NCBI GenBank assembly: GCA_014879445.1
Contig: JACSSC010000028.1
Span: forward strand, 5,134-69,133
DNA: 64,000 bases
Reading direction: 5' to 3'
From: Candidatus Competibacteraceae bacterium
GTDB lineage: Bacteria; Bacteroidota; Bacteroidia; CAIKAF01
Below, piece by piece: positions 39,840 through 49,259 of the stretch. Position 1 is the first letter of the stretch. Each line of letters begins with the position of its first letter. The notes under the pieces are model-generated. The model worked only from the letters and a program-made list of their open reading frames with translations. It was not told the origin of the DNA and made no database searches. The position numbers and the translations under genes are program-made.

Positions 39840-41303
39840 TTAGGGCTTTAGATCAAGTTTATTACGTAGAAGTTGGTTTGTTATTTTGGGATCTGCTTTT
39901 CCTTTGCTGGCTTTCATCACTTCGCCCATAAACATGCCAAGCAATCCTTTTTTACCATCGCGGTATCGAGCTACATCGTCGGGGAGTGCAGACAGAACCT
40001 GGTCAATCAATAGGGATAGGGCATCTTCATCGCTTTGTTGTAAAAGATCGAGTTGAGCTGCGAGTTGCTTTACATCAGACGTGGGATTATTAATTAAAGC
40101 AGGAAAAATGCTTTGGGTACCTGCGGTTTGGCTGATCATACCGTGATCGATAGCATGAATGATTTCGGCAATTTGTTTGGGTTGCAAAGGAAAATCGAGA
40201 ATAGAGATTCCAAGTTCGTTCAGATAAGATTTGATATGCACCATCATCCAGTTGGCGGCGGCTTTTACATTTTGCGTATGAATAAGCATTTGCTCAAAGA
40301 ACATAGCATCCTGTTTAGATTCAGTGATAACAGCTGCATCGTAGTCGGAGAGCCCGAGATGTTGAGTATATTTTAAGAAGAGTTGAGAGGGCAATGGAGG
40401 CATGCTTGATTTAACCTTGGCAATATAATCGGTATTGACAAAAACGGGAGGCAAGTCGGGTTCGGTAAAATATCGGTAGTCGTGAGCCATTTCTTTGCTT
40501 CGCATTGGAATAGTGGAGCCGTTAAGGGCGTCGAATGATCGAGTTTCTTGATGAATGACTTGCCCATTTTTGATTTCCTGAATTTGACGTTTAGTTTCGA
40601 ACTCGATAGCGCGCTGAACATTGCGGATGGAGTTCATATTTTTAACTTCCACTTTTTTTCCTAGCGAAGTATCACCTTTTTTTCGAACAGAGATATTGGC
40701 ATCGCAACGCAAGCTACCTTCTTCCATATTTCCATCACAGATATCGAGATATCTGACAATTTTGCGAATTTCGGTAAGATAATTGTAGGCCTCTTTGGCT
40801 GATCTGAGTTCGGGTTTGGAAACGATTTCGATTAAAGGTACACCGGCTCTGTTAAGGTCAATCAGCGAGTCGAAAGGGTCCTGATCGTGCATACTTTTGC
40901 CCGCATCTTCTTCCATGTGGATGCGTTCGAGGTTGATTTTTTTTTCCCGACCTTCTTCGTCTTTAATAGTGACAAATCCATTATAGCAGATTGGTGTATC
41001 ATCTTGCGTTATTTGATAGCCCTTTGGCAGATCGGCATAGAAATAGTTTTTGCGTGCAAATCTATTTTCATGACGAATATCGCATTGAAGAGCAATGCCG
41101 AGTTTGACGGCAAACTCAAGCACTTTCTGATTAAAAACGGGGAGGGTGCCTGGCAATCCGAGAGAAACAGGGCTCACTAGTGTATTGGGACTTGCGCCAT
41201 ACGATGCTGCATCAGAAGAATAGGCCTTGGAAAGAGTAAGCAACTGGGCATGGACTTCGAGCCCCACTACTACTTCATAATTATCAAATTCAATATCAGT
41301 CAT
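39840..41303 (-). CDS. gatB: Asp/Glu-tRNA amidotransferase subunit B
   Basis: VGLEVHAQL, RKNYFYADLPKGYQITQ, HMEEDAGKS, DLNRAGVPLIEIV, GSLRCDANIS, YRYFTEPDLPP; ATG 41303. Confidence 0.97.
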   Translation of the reverse strand: MTDIEFDNYEVVVGLEVHAQLLTLSKAYSSDAASYGASPNTLVSPVSLGLPGTLPVFNQKVLEFAVKLGIALQCDIRHENRFARKNYFYADLPKGYQITQDDTPICYNGFVTIKDEEGREKKINLERIHMEEDAGKSMHDQDPFDSLIDLNRAGVPLIEIVSKPELRSAKEAYNYLTEIRKIVRYLDICDGNMEEGSLRCDANISVRKKGDTSLGKKVEVKNMNSIRNVQRAIEFETKRQIQEIKNGQVIHQETRSFDALNGSTIPMRSKEMAHDYRYFTEPDLPPVFVNTDYIAKVKSSMPPLPSQLFLKYTQHLGLSDYDAAVITESKQDAMFFEQMLIHTQNVKAAANWMMVHIKSYLNELGISILDFPLQPKQIAEIIHAIDHGMISQTAGTQSIFPALINNPTSDVKQLAAQLDLLQQSDEDALSLLIDQVLSALPDDVARYRDGKKGLLGMFMGEVMKASKGKADPKITNQLLRNKLDLKP

Positions 41304-41361
41304 GACACAGGAATATGGGTACAAATTAACAACAGGTGCATTTAAATAACAAACGGTCGAG

Positions 41362-42174
41362 TTATAACACGTTCATAAGCGCAACAAATAATCGTGTAAG
41401 TTTAATTTCGGCCTCATTGGCAGCTTTGATAACTTCATCATGAGAGATGGAATGAACTTGACCGGCTACGCCCAGATCTGTGATTACAGAAATGCCAAAA
41501 CAATGGATGCCGGCATGTGTGGCAACGATTGCTTCGGGCACAGTACTCATGCCCACAGCGTCAGCGCCAATGATATGCAGATATCGGTATTCGGCAGGCG
41601 TCTCGAAGCAAGGTCCTTGCAGGCCGGCATAGACACCATGTTGAAGTTTAATGCCTAAATCATGACCAATTTTTTTTGCTTTATGGATGATAGTTGTGCT
41701 ATAAACGCGACTCATATCAGGGAATCTTGGGCCTAATGAGGAGTCGTTTGGTCCGCGGAGAGGGGTATCTGGAAAAAGATTAATATGATCAGTAATAAGC
41801 ATGAGGTCGCCAACAGAAAAATCAGGATTCATGCCACCTGCTGCATTAGAGAGCAAGAGGGTGTGAATGCCCAATGCTTTCATCACTCTAACGGGGAAAG
41901 TGATCTCTTGCATGGAGTATCCCTCGTAATAATGAAAGCGGCCTTGCATGGCCACGACTCGTTTATTACCTAGAATGCCAAGAATGAGAGCTCCCTGATG
42001 GCCTTCGACCGTGGAAACAGGGAAATGAGGTATTTGACTGTATGGTAATGTGCAATCAACATGAATTTCATTTGCCAATCCCCCTAAGCCAGATCCAAGA
42101 ATAATACCTATTTCTGGAATGAGATTACTTTCGTTTCGGATATACTGTACGGAATCCTTTAGTTTGTCTTGCAT
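41362..42174 (-). CDS. punA: Purine-nucleoside phosphorylase (trimeric type)
   Basis: IILGSGLG, STVEGHQG, MQGRFHYYEG, SNAAGG, GPCFETPAE, GADAVGMSTVPE. Confidence 0.95.
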   Translation of the reverse strand: MQDKLKDSVQYIRNESNLIPEIGIILGSGLGGLANEIHVDCTLPYSQIPHFPVSTVEGHQGALILGILGNKRVVAMQGRFHYYEGYSMQEITFPVRVMKALGIHTLLLSNAAGGMNPDFSVGDLMLITDHINLFPDTPLRGPNDSSLGPRFPDMSRVYSTTIIHKAKKIGHDLGIKLQHGVYAGLQGPCFETPAEYRYLHIIGADAVGMSTVPEAIVATHAGIHCFGISVITDLGVAGQVHSISHDEVIKAANEAEIKLTRLFVALMNVL

Positions 42175-43234
42175 ACTTAACAATAACATCATGAAATAAT
42201 TTAAAATCCTGCTGGTGGAATTTTACATCCACACGAATGCAGAACAAAGGTAAGTTATTGAAGATGTTTCGCAAGTTTTCGTTTCGTAACCGCATGGCAT
42301 CTTTTTCGGTAGTAAGAATAATTTTATTTGGAGATGAGATTTCATTAAACGCTTTGACAATCCGTTTGGCGTTATATTCGGAATACTTGTGATGATCAGA
42401 AAAACGAAGGTGATTGAATTTTGGGAAGTGATTAGATACGTATTCGATGAATGGTGCAGGTTTGGCAATGCCTGTAATGAGGAGTACTTCATAATTTCGT
42501 TCGATGAAATATTCCTTTCCTATCATGGAATTATTAGTAATATCAAACAAAGAACATAGTTCGCCGTTGACCATATAGCTAAAAAAAACTTCTTGTGAGG
42601 CATAACACTGAATACGCTCTTTGAGTAGGCGTTTCTCCATAGGAGAGAAGAAAGATGGAGTTTTGCTGACAATAATTACATCGGCACGAGAAGCAGCAGA
42701 TCGAGGTTCGCGAAGGGTGCCTGAAGGAATCAGACAATTATAACGGTTTAGGTCTTCATAATCAATAAGCAGAATATTCATACCGGCGCGAATGGCGCGA
42801 TGTTGAAAGCCATCATCCATAACAATCACATCGGTTTCGGGATGTTCTTTTATGATACGTGAGATAGCTCGTTTTCTGTTTCCGTCAACGGCAACAGGAT
42901 ATTCGGGATATTTGAGTTTGATTTGTAGGGGCTCGTCGCCTGTTTTTCGATAGTCATCATCCGTATTCACCCATCTAAATCCGCGAGAAGATCGTCCATA
43001 ACCTCTGCTAAGTACAACGGCTTTGAGTGAAGCTGATTTCAAAACTTGTAATACAGTTTCGACATGGGGTGTTTTGCCTGTGCCACCGGTGGTAAGGTTT
43101 CCAACGAGAATAATAGCTTTGTTGTATTCTTTGGTTTTGAAGATTTTATAATCAAAAAGCAGGTTGCGCAACTGAACAACAATTCCGTAGCATAAAGAAA
43201 AAGGGAAAAGTAGTATAAATCTCAGCAACCTCAT
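42125..43234 (-). CDS. lpxK: Tetraacyldisaccharide 4'-kinase
   Basis: VGNLTTGGTGKTP, LSRGYGR, GDEP, MDDGFQH, PSGTLREP, TGIAKP, F.DHH, TTEKDA. Confidence 0.96.
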   Translation of the reverse strand: MRLLRFILLFPFSLCYGIVVQLRNLLFDYKIFKTKEYNKAIILVGNLTTGGTGKTPHVETVLQVLKSASLKAVVLSRGYGRSSRGFRWVNTDDDYRKTGDEPLQIKLKYPEYPVAVDGNRKRAISRIIKEHPETDVIVMDDGFQHRAIRAGMNILLIDYEDLNRYNCLIPSGTLREPRSAASRADVIIVSKTPSFFSPMEKRLLKERIQCYASQEVFFSYMVNGELCSLFDITNNSMIGKEYFIERNYEVLLITGIAKPAPFIEYVSNHFPKFNHLRFSDHHKYSEYNAKRIVKAFNEISSPNKIILTTEKDAMRLRNENLRNIFNNLPLFCIRVDVKFHQQDFKLFHDVIVKYARQTKGFRTVYPKRK

Positions 43235-43348
43235 GTTTTTTCATAAACAGACGGGTAGGTTCGTGCATCAAATTTAAACTTTTTTTGAAGAAAACAAATT
43301 TTTGCATATATTTTTTATAAACAGAATGAATAAAGGGTAATGTAGGGG

Positions 43349-43570
43349 TTAAATCACTTTAATAATTCTAACAGGGCAGCAAGCCACGAGTTCTTTAAAG
43401 GATTGGGCATGAGCGGTAGGATAATCGAGGATAAAGGTTTGTTTTTTTTCGATGGCTCTTACCAAAGTAGCTTTCCCATCTTTTTTTGACATACGCCAAA
43501 GGTCGGGATGGAGATCGTGGCAAGCGCCACAACCAATACACTTGTTACGAAAATGAATGATTTTGCACAT
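43349..43570 (-). CDS. Single-cluster ferredoxin
   Basis: CIGCGAC...CCPVRII; overlaps the U32 gene stop by 1 nt. Confidence 0.85.
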   Translation of the reverse strand: MCKIIHFRNKCIGCGACHDLHPDLWRMSKKDGKATLVRAIEKKQTFILDYPTAHAQSFKELVACCPVRIIKVI

Positions 43571-44808
43571 CAGGCATTCACCAATTTATATAATTTGTCT
43601 TTGCCCGATATTTTGTATGGGATGGGCAATGTAATGCGGTCGCCACGTGAAGCGGATGATTGTATTATTCCATTAACTGTAAGCTTAGAGATTGTTTCTT
43701 TGTGAAGACCAAAATTAGGACTGGTAATCAGAATGGTGTCGCCGGATTTAATAGTGCCGGTTTCGATAAGAAATTCGCCAATTTCGATATTAGGATAGTA
43801 TCGGACTCCTTTTCCGATATAAATTTTTCGTTCGGTAGCTGCAGATCCGGGGTTTGATGTCCATTCGCCGAGATGACGACCGAGATAATATCCTTCCCAA
43901 AACCCGCGGTTATAAACGGTATGAAGGCGATTTTGCCAATCTTTGATTTTGTCGGGAGTATAATTACCATCATGAATGGCCTGCAGGGCTTCGCGATAAC
44001 AAGAGGTAACGGCAAATACATAATCAGCCCCTTTGCTTCTGCCTTCAATTTTTATCACATCAACGCCTATATCTACAATTTGGTCGAGAATATGAATAGT
44101 GCAAAGGTCTTTAGGCGACATGATATATTCATTATCCACTACCAATTCTTCGCCTGATTCAATATCGGTAACACGATAAGGGCGTCTGCAGTTTTGAATA
44201 CAGGCCCCACGATTGGCAGATGCCTGCTGGCTATGCAAGCTCAGATAGCATTTCCCCGACACGGCCATACAAAGAGCGCCATGCACAAAAATTTCAATTT
44301 TCATTTTTTCACCCGATACGCCCTTGATATCCTTGCGTTCAATTTCGCGAATAATATCCTGTGTTTGTTTGAGTGTAAGTTCGCGTGCTAGTACAATAAG
44401 GTCGGAGAAAGGAGCGAAGAAACGAACGGATTCAATATTGCTGACATTGGCTTGAGTAGAAATATGAAGCGGGATATGCATTTGACGACAGAGTTCGAGT
44501 ACTGCAAAATCGGAAGCAATCACAGCATCAATATGATTTTTTTTTACTTCTGTTAGAACGGTTTTGAGAAGTTGCATATCATGTTCGTACATGACGGTAT
44601 TGAGTGTAATGTAAGCACGGATATTATGTTGAGTGCAAATGGCTTTGATGGCAGGTAGGTCGTCAATGGTAAAAGGGTCGGCAGAGCGGGCTCTCATATT
44701 TAATTGTTCGATGCCAAAATAAACGGCATCAGCGCCTGCCTGAATTGCGGCAAGCAAACTTTCGAAAGACCCGGCAGGGGCAAGGAGTTCAACTTTTTTC
44801 TTAGGCAT
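43570..44808 (-). CDS. U32 family Fe-S protein (TrhP/RlhA/UbiU-like hydroxylase)
   Basis: ELLAPAGS, GADAVYFG, EIFVHGALCMAVSGKC..S, NRGACIQNCRRPY, KIEGR. Confidence 0.92.
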   Translation of the reverse strand: MPKKKVELLAPAGSFESLLAAIQAGADAVYFGIEQLNMRARSADPFTIDDLPAIKAICTQHNIRAYITLNTVMYEHDMQLLKTVLTEVKKNHIDAVIASDFAVLELCRQMHIPLHISTQANVSNIESVRFFAPFSDLIVLARELTLKQTQDIIREIERKDIKGVSGEKMKIEIFVHGALCMAVSGKCYLSLHSQQASANRGACIQNCRRPYRVTDIESGEELVVDNEYIMSPKDLCTIHILDQIVDIGVDVIKIEGRSKGADYVFAVTSCYREALQAIHDGNYTPDKIKDWQNRLHTVYNRGFWEGYYLGRHLGEWTSNPGSAATERKIYIGKGVRYYPNIEIGEFLIETGTIKSGDTILITSPNFGLHKETISKLTVNGIIQSSASRGDRITLPIPYKISGKDKLYKLVNA

Positions 44809-44814
44809 ACATTG

Positions 44815-45306
44815 TTACTTAGGAGCATGAGCTCTTCGATTTTTTCTATCTAATGCCATATCATAAAGGAGTTGTTCTTCAGACGATTGAGGAATTACAG
44901 GTGGAACTGGTACAGGTTGTGCATGGTCGTCAATGGCAACAAATAAAAGGAATGCTTCACCCACCTTACGGAATTGATCATTTTTTACTTTTCTACCTTT
45001 TGCCTGCACATATATTTCCATAGAAGTATTGAAAGCACGTGTTATATTGGCTTCGATACTAATGATATCGCCTACTGTTGCTGGATGAAAAAATGCCACA
45101 TCATATATGGCAGCCGTAACACTGATATTTCCGGCGTGGAGTTGAGCACAAACAGCTGCTGCAATATCCATCCATTCAATCAAACGGCCTCCCTGTAACA
45201 TACCCATCGGATTGGTATCATTAGGGAAAACCACTTCTGTTTTTTGAACAGACGATTCGGCAGGATTTTTAGGTTGTAATAACATAACCGTCTTATAAAA
45301 TATCAA
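44815..45306 (-). CDS. Hotdog-fold acyl-CoA thioesterase
   Basis: VFPNDTNPMG.LQGG.L..WMD, TRAFNTSME, FVAID. Confidence 0.92.
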   Translation of the reverse strand: MIFYKTVMLLQPKNPAESSVQKTEVVFPNDTNPMGMLQGGRLIEWMDIAAAVCAQLHAGNISVTAAIYDVAFFHPATVGDIISIEANITRAFNTSMEIYVQAKGRKVKNDQFRKVGEAFLLFVAIDDHAQPVPVPPVIPQSSEEQLLYDMALDRKNRRAHAPK

Positions 45307-45385
45307 TCAAATGATTAAGAAAATATACCTATAAACAAATGCCCATTAGAGATGTTCAATCTTTGGCAAATATAATAAATAAGGA

Positions 45386-45393
45386 TAACTTTG
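45386..45393 (+). promoter_or_regulatory. -7 box (TAACTTTG) for the norC-like operon
   Basis: Consensus match 26 nt before ATG 45419. Confidence 0.6.
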
Positions 45394-45418
45394 TCCCTTG
45401 AACGATATAAGCGTATTC

Positions 45419-45817
45419 ATGCCCGATAAAAAGAAAGTAGTCATATTTTTATTATTAGTAACGGCCTATTCTAGCTATTCTGCTTATTTGTATTTACGCC
45501 CACCTTTTCAAGCAGAACCTATTGATGAATTAGCCGACAAGGGGAAAATAGTATGGCAGGAAAATAACTGTACGGCTTGTCATCAGATATATGGACTTGG
45601 CGGTTACTTAGGGCCTGATCTGACTAATGTATATTCTAAACGCGGGGCTGAATATATTAAAGCATTTGTGAAGGGGGGTACACCTATTATGCCGTCATTC
45701 AAACTCAGCGAAGAAGATATGAGCGCATTGTTAGTTTTCCTTGAGCATGTAGATCAATCAGGCAGTTCTGACCCTCGAAATTTTAGAATTCACTTTAATG
45801 GCACTATCGAACAATAA
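45419..45817 (+). CDS. norC: NorC-like membrane-anchored monoheme cytochrome c
   Basis: N-terminal TM; GKIVWQENNCTACHQIYGLGGYLGPDLTNV and IMPSF (axial Met) parallel cNOR NorC (GK.VW..NNC..CH...G.G.Y.P.L.NV ... MPQF). Confidence 0.85.
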   Translation: MPDKKKVVIFLLLVTAYSSYSAYLYLRPPFQAEPIDELADKGKIVWQENNCTACHQIYGLGGYLGPDLTNVYSKRGAEYIKAFVKGGTPIMPSFKLSEEDMSALLVFLEHVDQSGSSDPRNFRIHFNGTIEQ

Positions 45818-47141
45818 TTCAAAACCTGTTTCACATTATTTCCTGTTTTTTGCACTAATACTGCTAGCATGCGGTGTAACATATGGGACGATTGGCGGGC
45901 TTCAATACCTTATTCCGGGTTATCTAAAAGAAACGCTTTCATTTGAAAAAACCCGTCCGCTTCATGTATCTTCTGTCGTTTTTTGGATTATCATAGCAGC
46001 TGTTGGTTCGATGCTTTCTTACTTACCTCAGCATACGGGAAAAAAAATCTATTCATCAATGTTGGCTCGCATACAGCTAATGCTTATGATTGGTGCTGCA
46101 CTAGCTATAACTATTGGCTATTATGCAGGCATATTTGGCGGTCGCGAATACTGGGAATTTCCACCACTCTTTTCATTACCCATTATCATTGGCTGGTTAT
46201 TGCTCATCTATAATTATATTTCTTCGATAGGCAATTTATTTAAGCAACCTGTGTATGTATGGATGTGGCTTACCGGTGTGTTGTTTTTTCTCTTCACATA
46301 TTTAGAATCGCTCTTATGGGTAATTCCCTATTTTCGTTCACACGTCATTAACGACATGACTATTCAATGGAAGTCGTACGGCTCCATGGTGGGCTCATGG
46401 AATATGCTGATATACGGTTGCGGCATATTTTTGATGGATAAAATAAGCGGCGAAAAAAAATATAGCTATTCATCTATTGCTTTTTTACTATATTTTATTG
46501 GACTTTTTAATCTCATGTTTAACTGGGGGCATCACATTTACACATTACCGACACATGCCTATGTTAAACACATCTCATACATAGTTAGCATGACAGAACT
46601 ATTGTTGTTGGGTCGTATTATTTATAAATGGAAAGATAGTGTTTCAACTGCACGCAAGTATTTTTATTATCTTCCTTTTAGATTTATGGTTGCAGCAGAT
46701 ATATGGATTTTTCTAACCCTATCACTTGCACTTGCCATGTCGGTTCCCGCCATTAATGTTTTTACGCACGGCACACATATAACGGTAGCTCATACCATGG
46801 GGGCTACCATTGGTATTAATACATTTATGCTTCTTGCTTTTGTTTTTGATATTCTAGGAGAAAAATCTTATTACGTGAAGCAAAACAGAAAATCAATTAT
46901 GATAGGTTTCTGGTCAGCCAATATTTCGTTGTTTATTTTTTGGATTAGTTTAATTGGAGCTGGCATTACAAAAGCCATTTGGCAAATGAAATCTAATCAG
47001 GAGATTTTTGGAGAAATGATGAAAAATCTTTGGCCTTATTTTCTTTCATTTGTGATTGCAGGATTTGTATTGGCTACTGCATTTTGGATTATGATTGTAC
47101 CTTTATTCAGAAAAAACCCACAATCAGCCAACGACAAATAA
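45798..47141 (+). CDS. norB: Divergent NorB-like heme-copper oxidase superfamily subunit I
   Basis: LQY, R..H (R53/H56), GRE..E.P (E117/E120), GHH (H245/H246), THGT..T.AH (H332) as in NorB; helix VI reads QWKSYGSMVGSWN and helix X reads AHTM. Confidence 0.8.
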   Translation: MALSNNNSKPVSHYFLFFALILLACGVTYGTIGGLQYLIPGYLKETLSFEKTRPLHVSSVVFWIIIAAVGSMLSYLPQHTGKKIYSSMLARIQLMLMIGAALAITIGYYAGIFGGREYWEFPPLFSLPIIIGWLLLIYNYISSIGNLFKQPVYVWMWLTGVLFFLFTYLESLLWVIPYFRSHVINDMTIQWKSYGSMVGSWNMLIYGCGIFLMDKISGEKKYSYSSIAFLLYFIGLFNLMFNWGHHIYTLPTHAYVKHISYIVSMTELLLLGRIIYKWKDSVSTARKYFYYLPFRFMVAADIWIFLTLSLALAMSVPAINVFTHGTHITVAHTMGATIGINTFMLLAFVFDILGEKSYYVKQNRKSIMIGFWSANISLFIFWISLIGAGITKAIWQMKSNQEIFGEMMKNLWPYFLSFVIAGFVLATAFWIMIVPLFRKNPQSANDK

Positions 47142-47144
47142 ATC

Positions 47145-47576
47145 ATGATGGAAGTAACTAAAATATTTTCGTTTGAAATGGCGCATGCCATACAGGGTTA
47201 TCAAGGGGCATGTCGTCATATACACGGCCATTCATACATTTTGCATATTAGTGTGTCACACACTCAATTGCCATCGGGATATTTGCCGGATCCCGGATTC
47301 ATCATTGATTTTAAACAACTCAAACAAATTGTAAAATCAAATGTGATTGATCGCTTTGATCATTCATTAGTGGTTTCACAGGCATACCTGAAAGAACATC
47401 CCGGATTCTTAATACAGGAGAATTGTGAAGTATGGGAGTATGAACCTACTGCTGAGAATATTTTGCTTTTTATCTTAAATCTTCTTGGTAAAGAAATGCC
47501 ACCGGATATAAAGATCACATCAGCTAAGTTATACGAAACCAAGGATTCGTATGTGTCTTGGATGCCCGATAAATAA
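47145..47576 (+). CDS. queD: 6-carboxy-5,6,7,8-tetrahydropterin synthase
   Basis: FEMAH, CRHIHGHSY, IDFK.LK, FDH, PTAEN, LYET. Confidence 0.92.
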   Translation: MMEVTKIFSFEMAHAIQGYQGACRHIHGHSYILHISVSHTQLPSGYLPDPGFIIDFKQLKQIVKSNVIDRFDHSLVVSQAYLKEHPGFLIQENCEVWEYEPTAENILLFILNLLGKEMPPDIKITSAKLYETKDSYVSWMPDK

Positions 47577-47578
47577 AA

Positions 47579-48676
47579 TTATTCAGATTTCATAGCTTCG
47601 GCAAACATAATGTATTCAAGAATGTTTTCCATATTGATAACGCCTATCGTTTGATTGTTCTCAATGATAGGCACAATTGACAATCCTTCCGATTGCATGC
47701 ATTTATATGCTTCAGCCAAAGGCATATCTGTTGAAAATGATTGGTTAATGGGCTGAATAAAAGATTCTATAGATATGGTGGTACCATGATCGGTTAGTGC
47801 TTTGATGAGTATATCGCGTGTCATGATACCTGCTGGTTCTCCATTAGGATGAAAGACCACAAAATCTTTTTCCTGACCGTTGAGCATAATTTGCATAACA
47901 TCAGCCAATGATTGTTGAACGTGTAATCGTGTAAAGTTTTTCATCATGGCATTGCCCACAAAATGAAGTCGGATGTAGGAAGCGCTTCTAACCATTTTGT
48001 ATTCCTGAGCAGCACCAAAAAATACAAATGCAGCAATAAGAATTAAGAATGGGTTGCTTTGTAATCCCCAAATGGCAAATAAGACAGCCATTCCTTGACC
48101 CACATACATAGCAAAGCGTGTAGCTTTAACACGGTCCATGTGCATAGCCAAAAATGCCCTGAAAATTCTTCCTCCGTCCATAGGAAAGGCAGGCAGAAGA
48201 TTGAAAAGAACCAGAATGATGTTAACAGCAGCCAGTTGTAATAGGAAGTTGCTAGAGCCAATGCTTTGTTTGAGATCTTCCAGGCGATATTCAACGGGAG
48301 AGAGCCAAAGAATTAAAACCAGAATTGCTGCGATAACAACATTTACCATAGGCCCTGCAATTGCGACTGCAAGCTCCTGTAGTGGTTTTTCAGGAATACG
48401 TTCGAGCATAGCAACACCACCAATGGGATACAATGTAATCCCTCTGGTTCGTACACCATATCGTAACGCGGCCATTGCATGTCCTAGTTCGTGTAGTGTA
48501 ACACATGCAAATAAACTCAATACAAAGGCAATTGCCCAAAGAACTTGCATCCAGTCGCCGCCTTCGCTGATTTGCAAATAAGCTATATACACTATTATGA
48601 GCAAAAAGCTCCAATGAATACGAATAGGAATGGCCTTTACCGCACCTAATTCCAAACTTCCTTTAGTTAATTTCAT
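47579..48676 (-). CDS. Site-2 protease (M50) with CBS domains
   Basis: LHELGHA, AGPMVN, FNLLPAFPMDGGR; C-terminal CBS pair. Confidence 0.93.
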   Translation of the reverse strand: MKLTKGSLELGAVKAIPIRIHWSFLLIIVYIAYLQISEGGDWMQVLWAIAFVLSLFACVTLHELGHAMAALRYGVRTRGITLYPIGGVAMLERIPEKPLQELAVAIAGPMVNVVIAAILVLILWLSPVEYRLEDLKQSIGSSNFLLQLAAVNIILVLFNLLPAFPMDGGRIFRAFLAMHMDRVKATRFAMYVGQGMAVLFAIWGLQSNPFLILIAAFVFFGAAQEYKMVRSASYIRLHFVGNAMMKNFTRLHVQQSLADVMQIMLNGQEKDFVVFHPNGEPAGIMTRDILIKALTDHGTTISIESFIQPINQSFSTDMPLAEAYKCMQSEGLSIVPIIENNQTIGVINMENILEYIMFAEAMKSE

Positions 48677-48728
48677 GGCACAACCTTTTTCGAAATATAC
48701 AAATAAAACAATTAAAAAATCCGAATGT

Positions 48729-49259
48729 TTACAACCAATATTTTATAGCCGACATGGCATTTTCCAGACGTATATTCCCTTTTCCCGAAATAACCGAATA
48801 AGGAATTTGAAATTGTTGGAGAGCTTTTTCATACAATATAAATAAAGCATCAAGATTATCGGAATTTTCACGCAATGAATCATTCTCCCATGGCAAATCA
48901 GGATACATCAACAAATAATGATGATAATTTTTTTTATGAATTCGATCTATAATGAATGCATCACATTTATCAAACCGAAATGTACTCCAAATATAATATA
49001 CCAACATATCAGTATCAGAAAAAACAGGATTTTTGCCAGCTTCATTCCATATGTTATCTTCAAGTTCGATTTGTTGGCGAGCCATGAAGATCAGGTCTTG
49101 GTAGTTATATTTTCCTTCTAAATTTGTTAGATGCAATCGTGCGAATTCAGGCACCCACAATCCTTTATAATGCGCAGCAAGCTGTTTGGCAAGGGTGGTT
49201 TTGCCTGTGCATTCCGGACCGGTAATTGCTATGCGAATGCCTTTCTTTTTTGATTCCAT
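48729..49259 (-). CDS. NadR-like ATPase/kinase (AAA_28)
   Basis: ITGPECTGKTTL, VPEFAR, FSDTD, DLPWEND.LRE. Confidence 0.88.
   Translation of the reverse strand: MESKKKGIRIAITGPECTGKTTLAKQLAAHYKGLWVPEFARLHLTNLEGKYNYQDLIFMARQQIELEDNIWNEAGKNPVFSDTDMLVYYIWSTFRFDKCDAFIIDRIHKKNYHHYLLMYPDLPWENDSLRENSDNLDALFILYEKALQQFQIPYSVISGKGNIRLENAMSAIKYWL

Noticed and set aside
42125-42192. Long lpxK/PNP overlap suggesting a frameshift
   Set aside because: Both proteins have complete motif sets; using ATG 42174 leaves an ordinary 50-nt overlap
45301-45385. FNR/DNR box upstream of norC
   Set aside because: Only a short AATCA-AA-TGATT palindrome (45305-45316); it does not fit TTGAT-N4-ATCAA
45798-47141. NorB-like gene as a pseudogene or cbb3 oxidase subunit I
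   Set aside because: The ORF is full length with the scaffold and other ligands intact; its motifs and NorC partner match cNOR, not CcoN/CcoO, and the His-Tyr cross-link residues are absent
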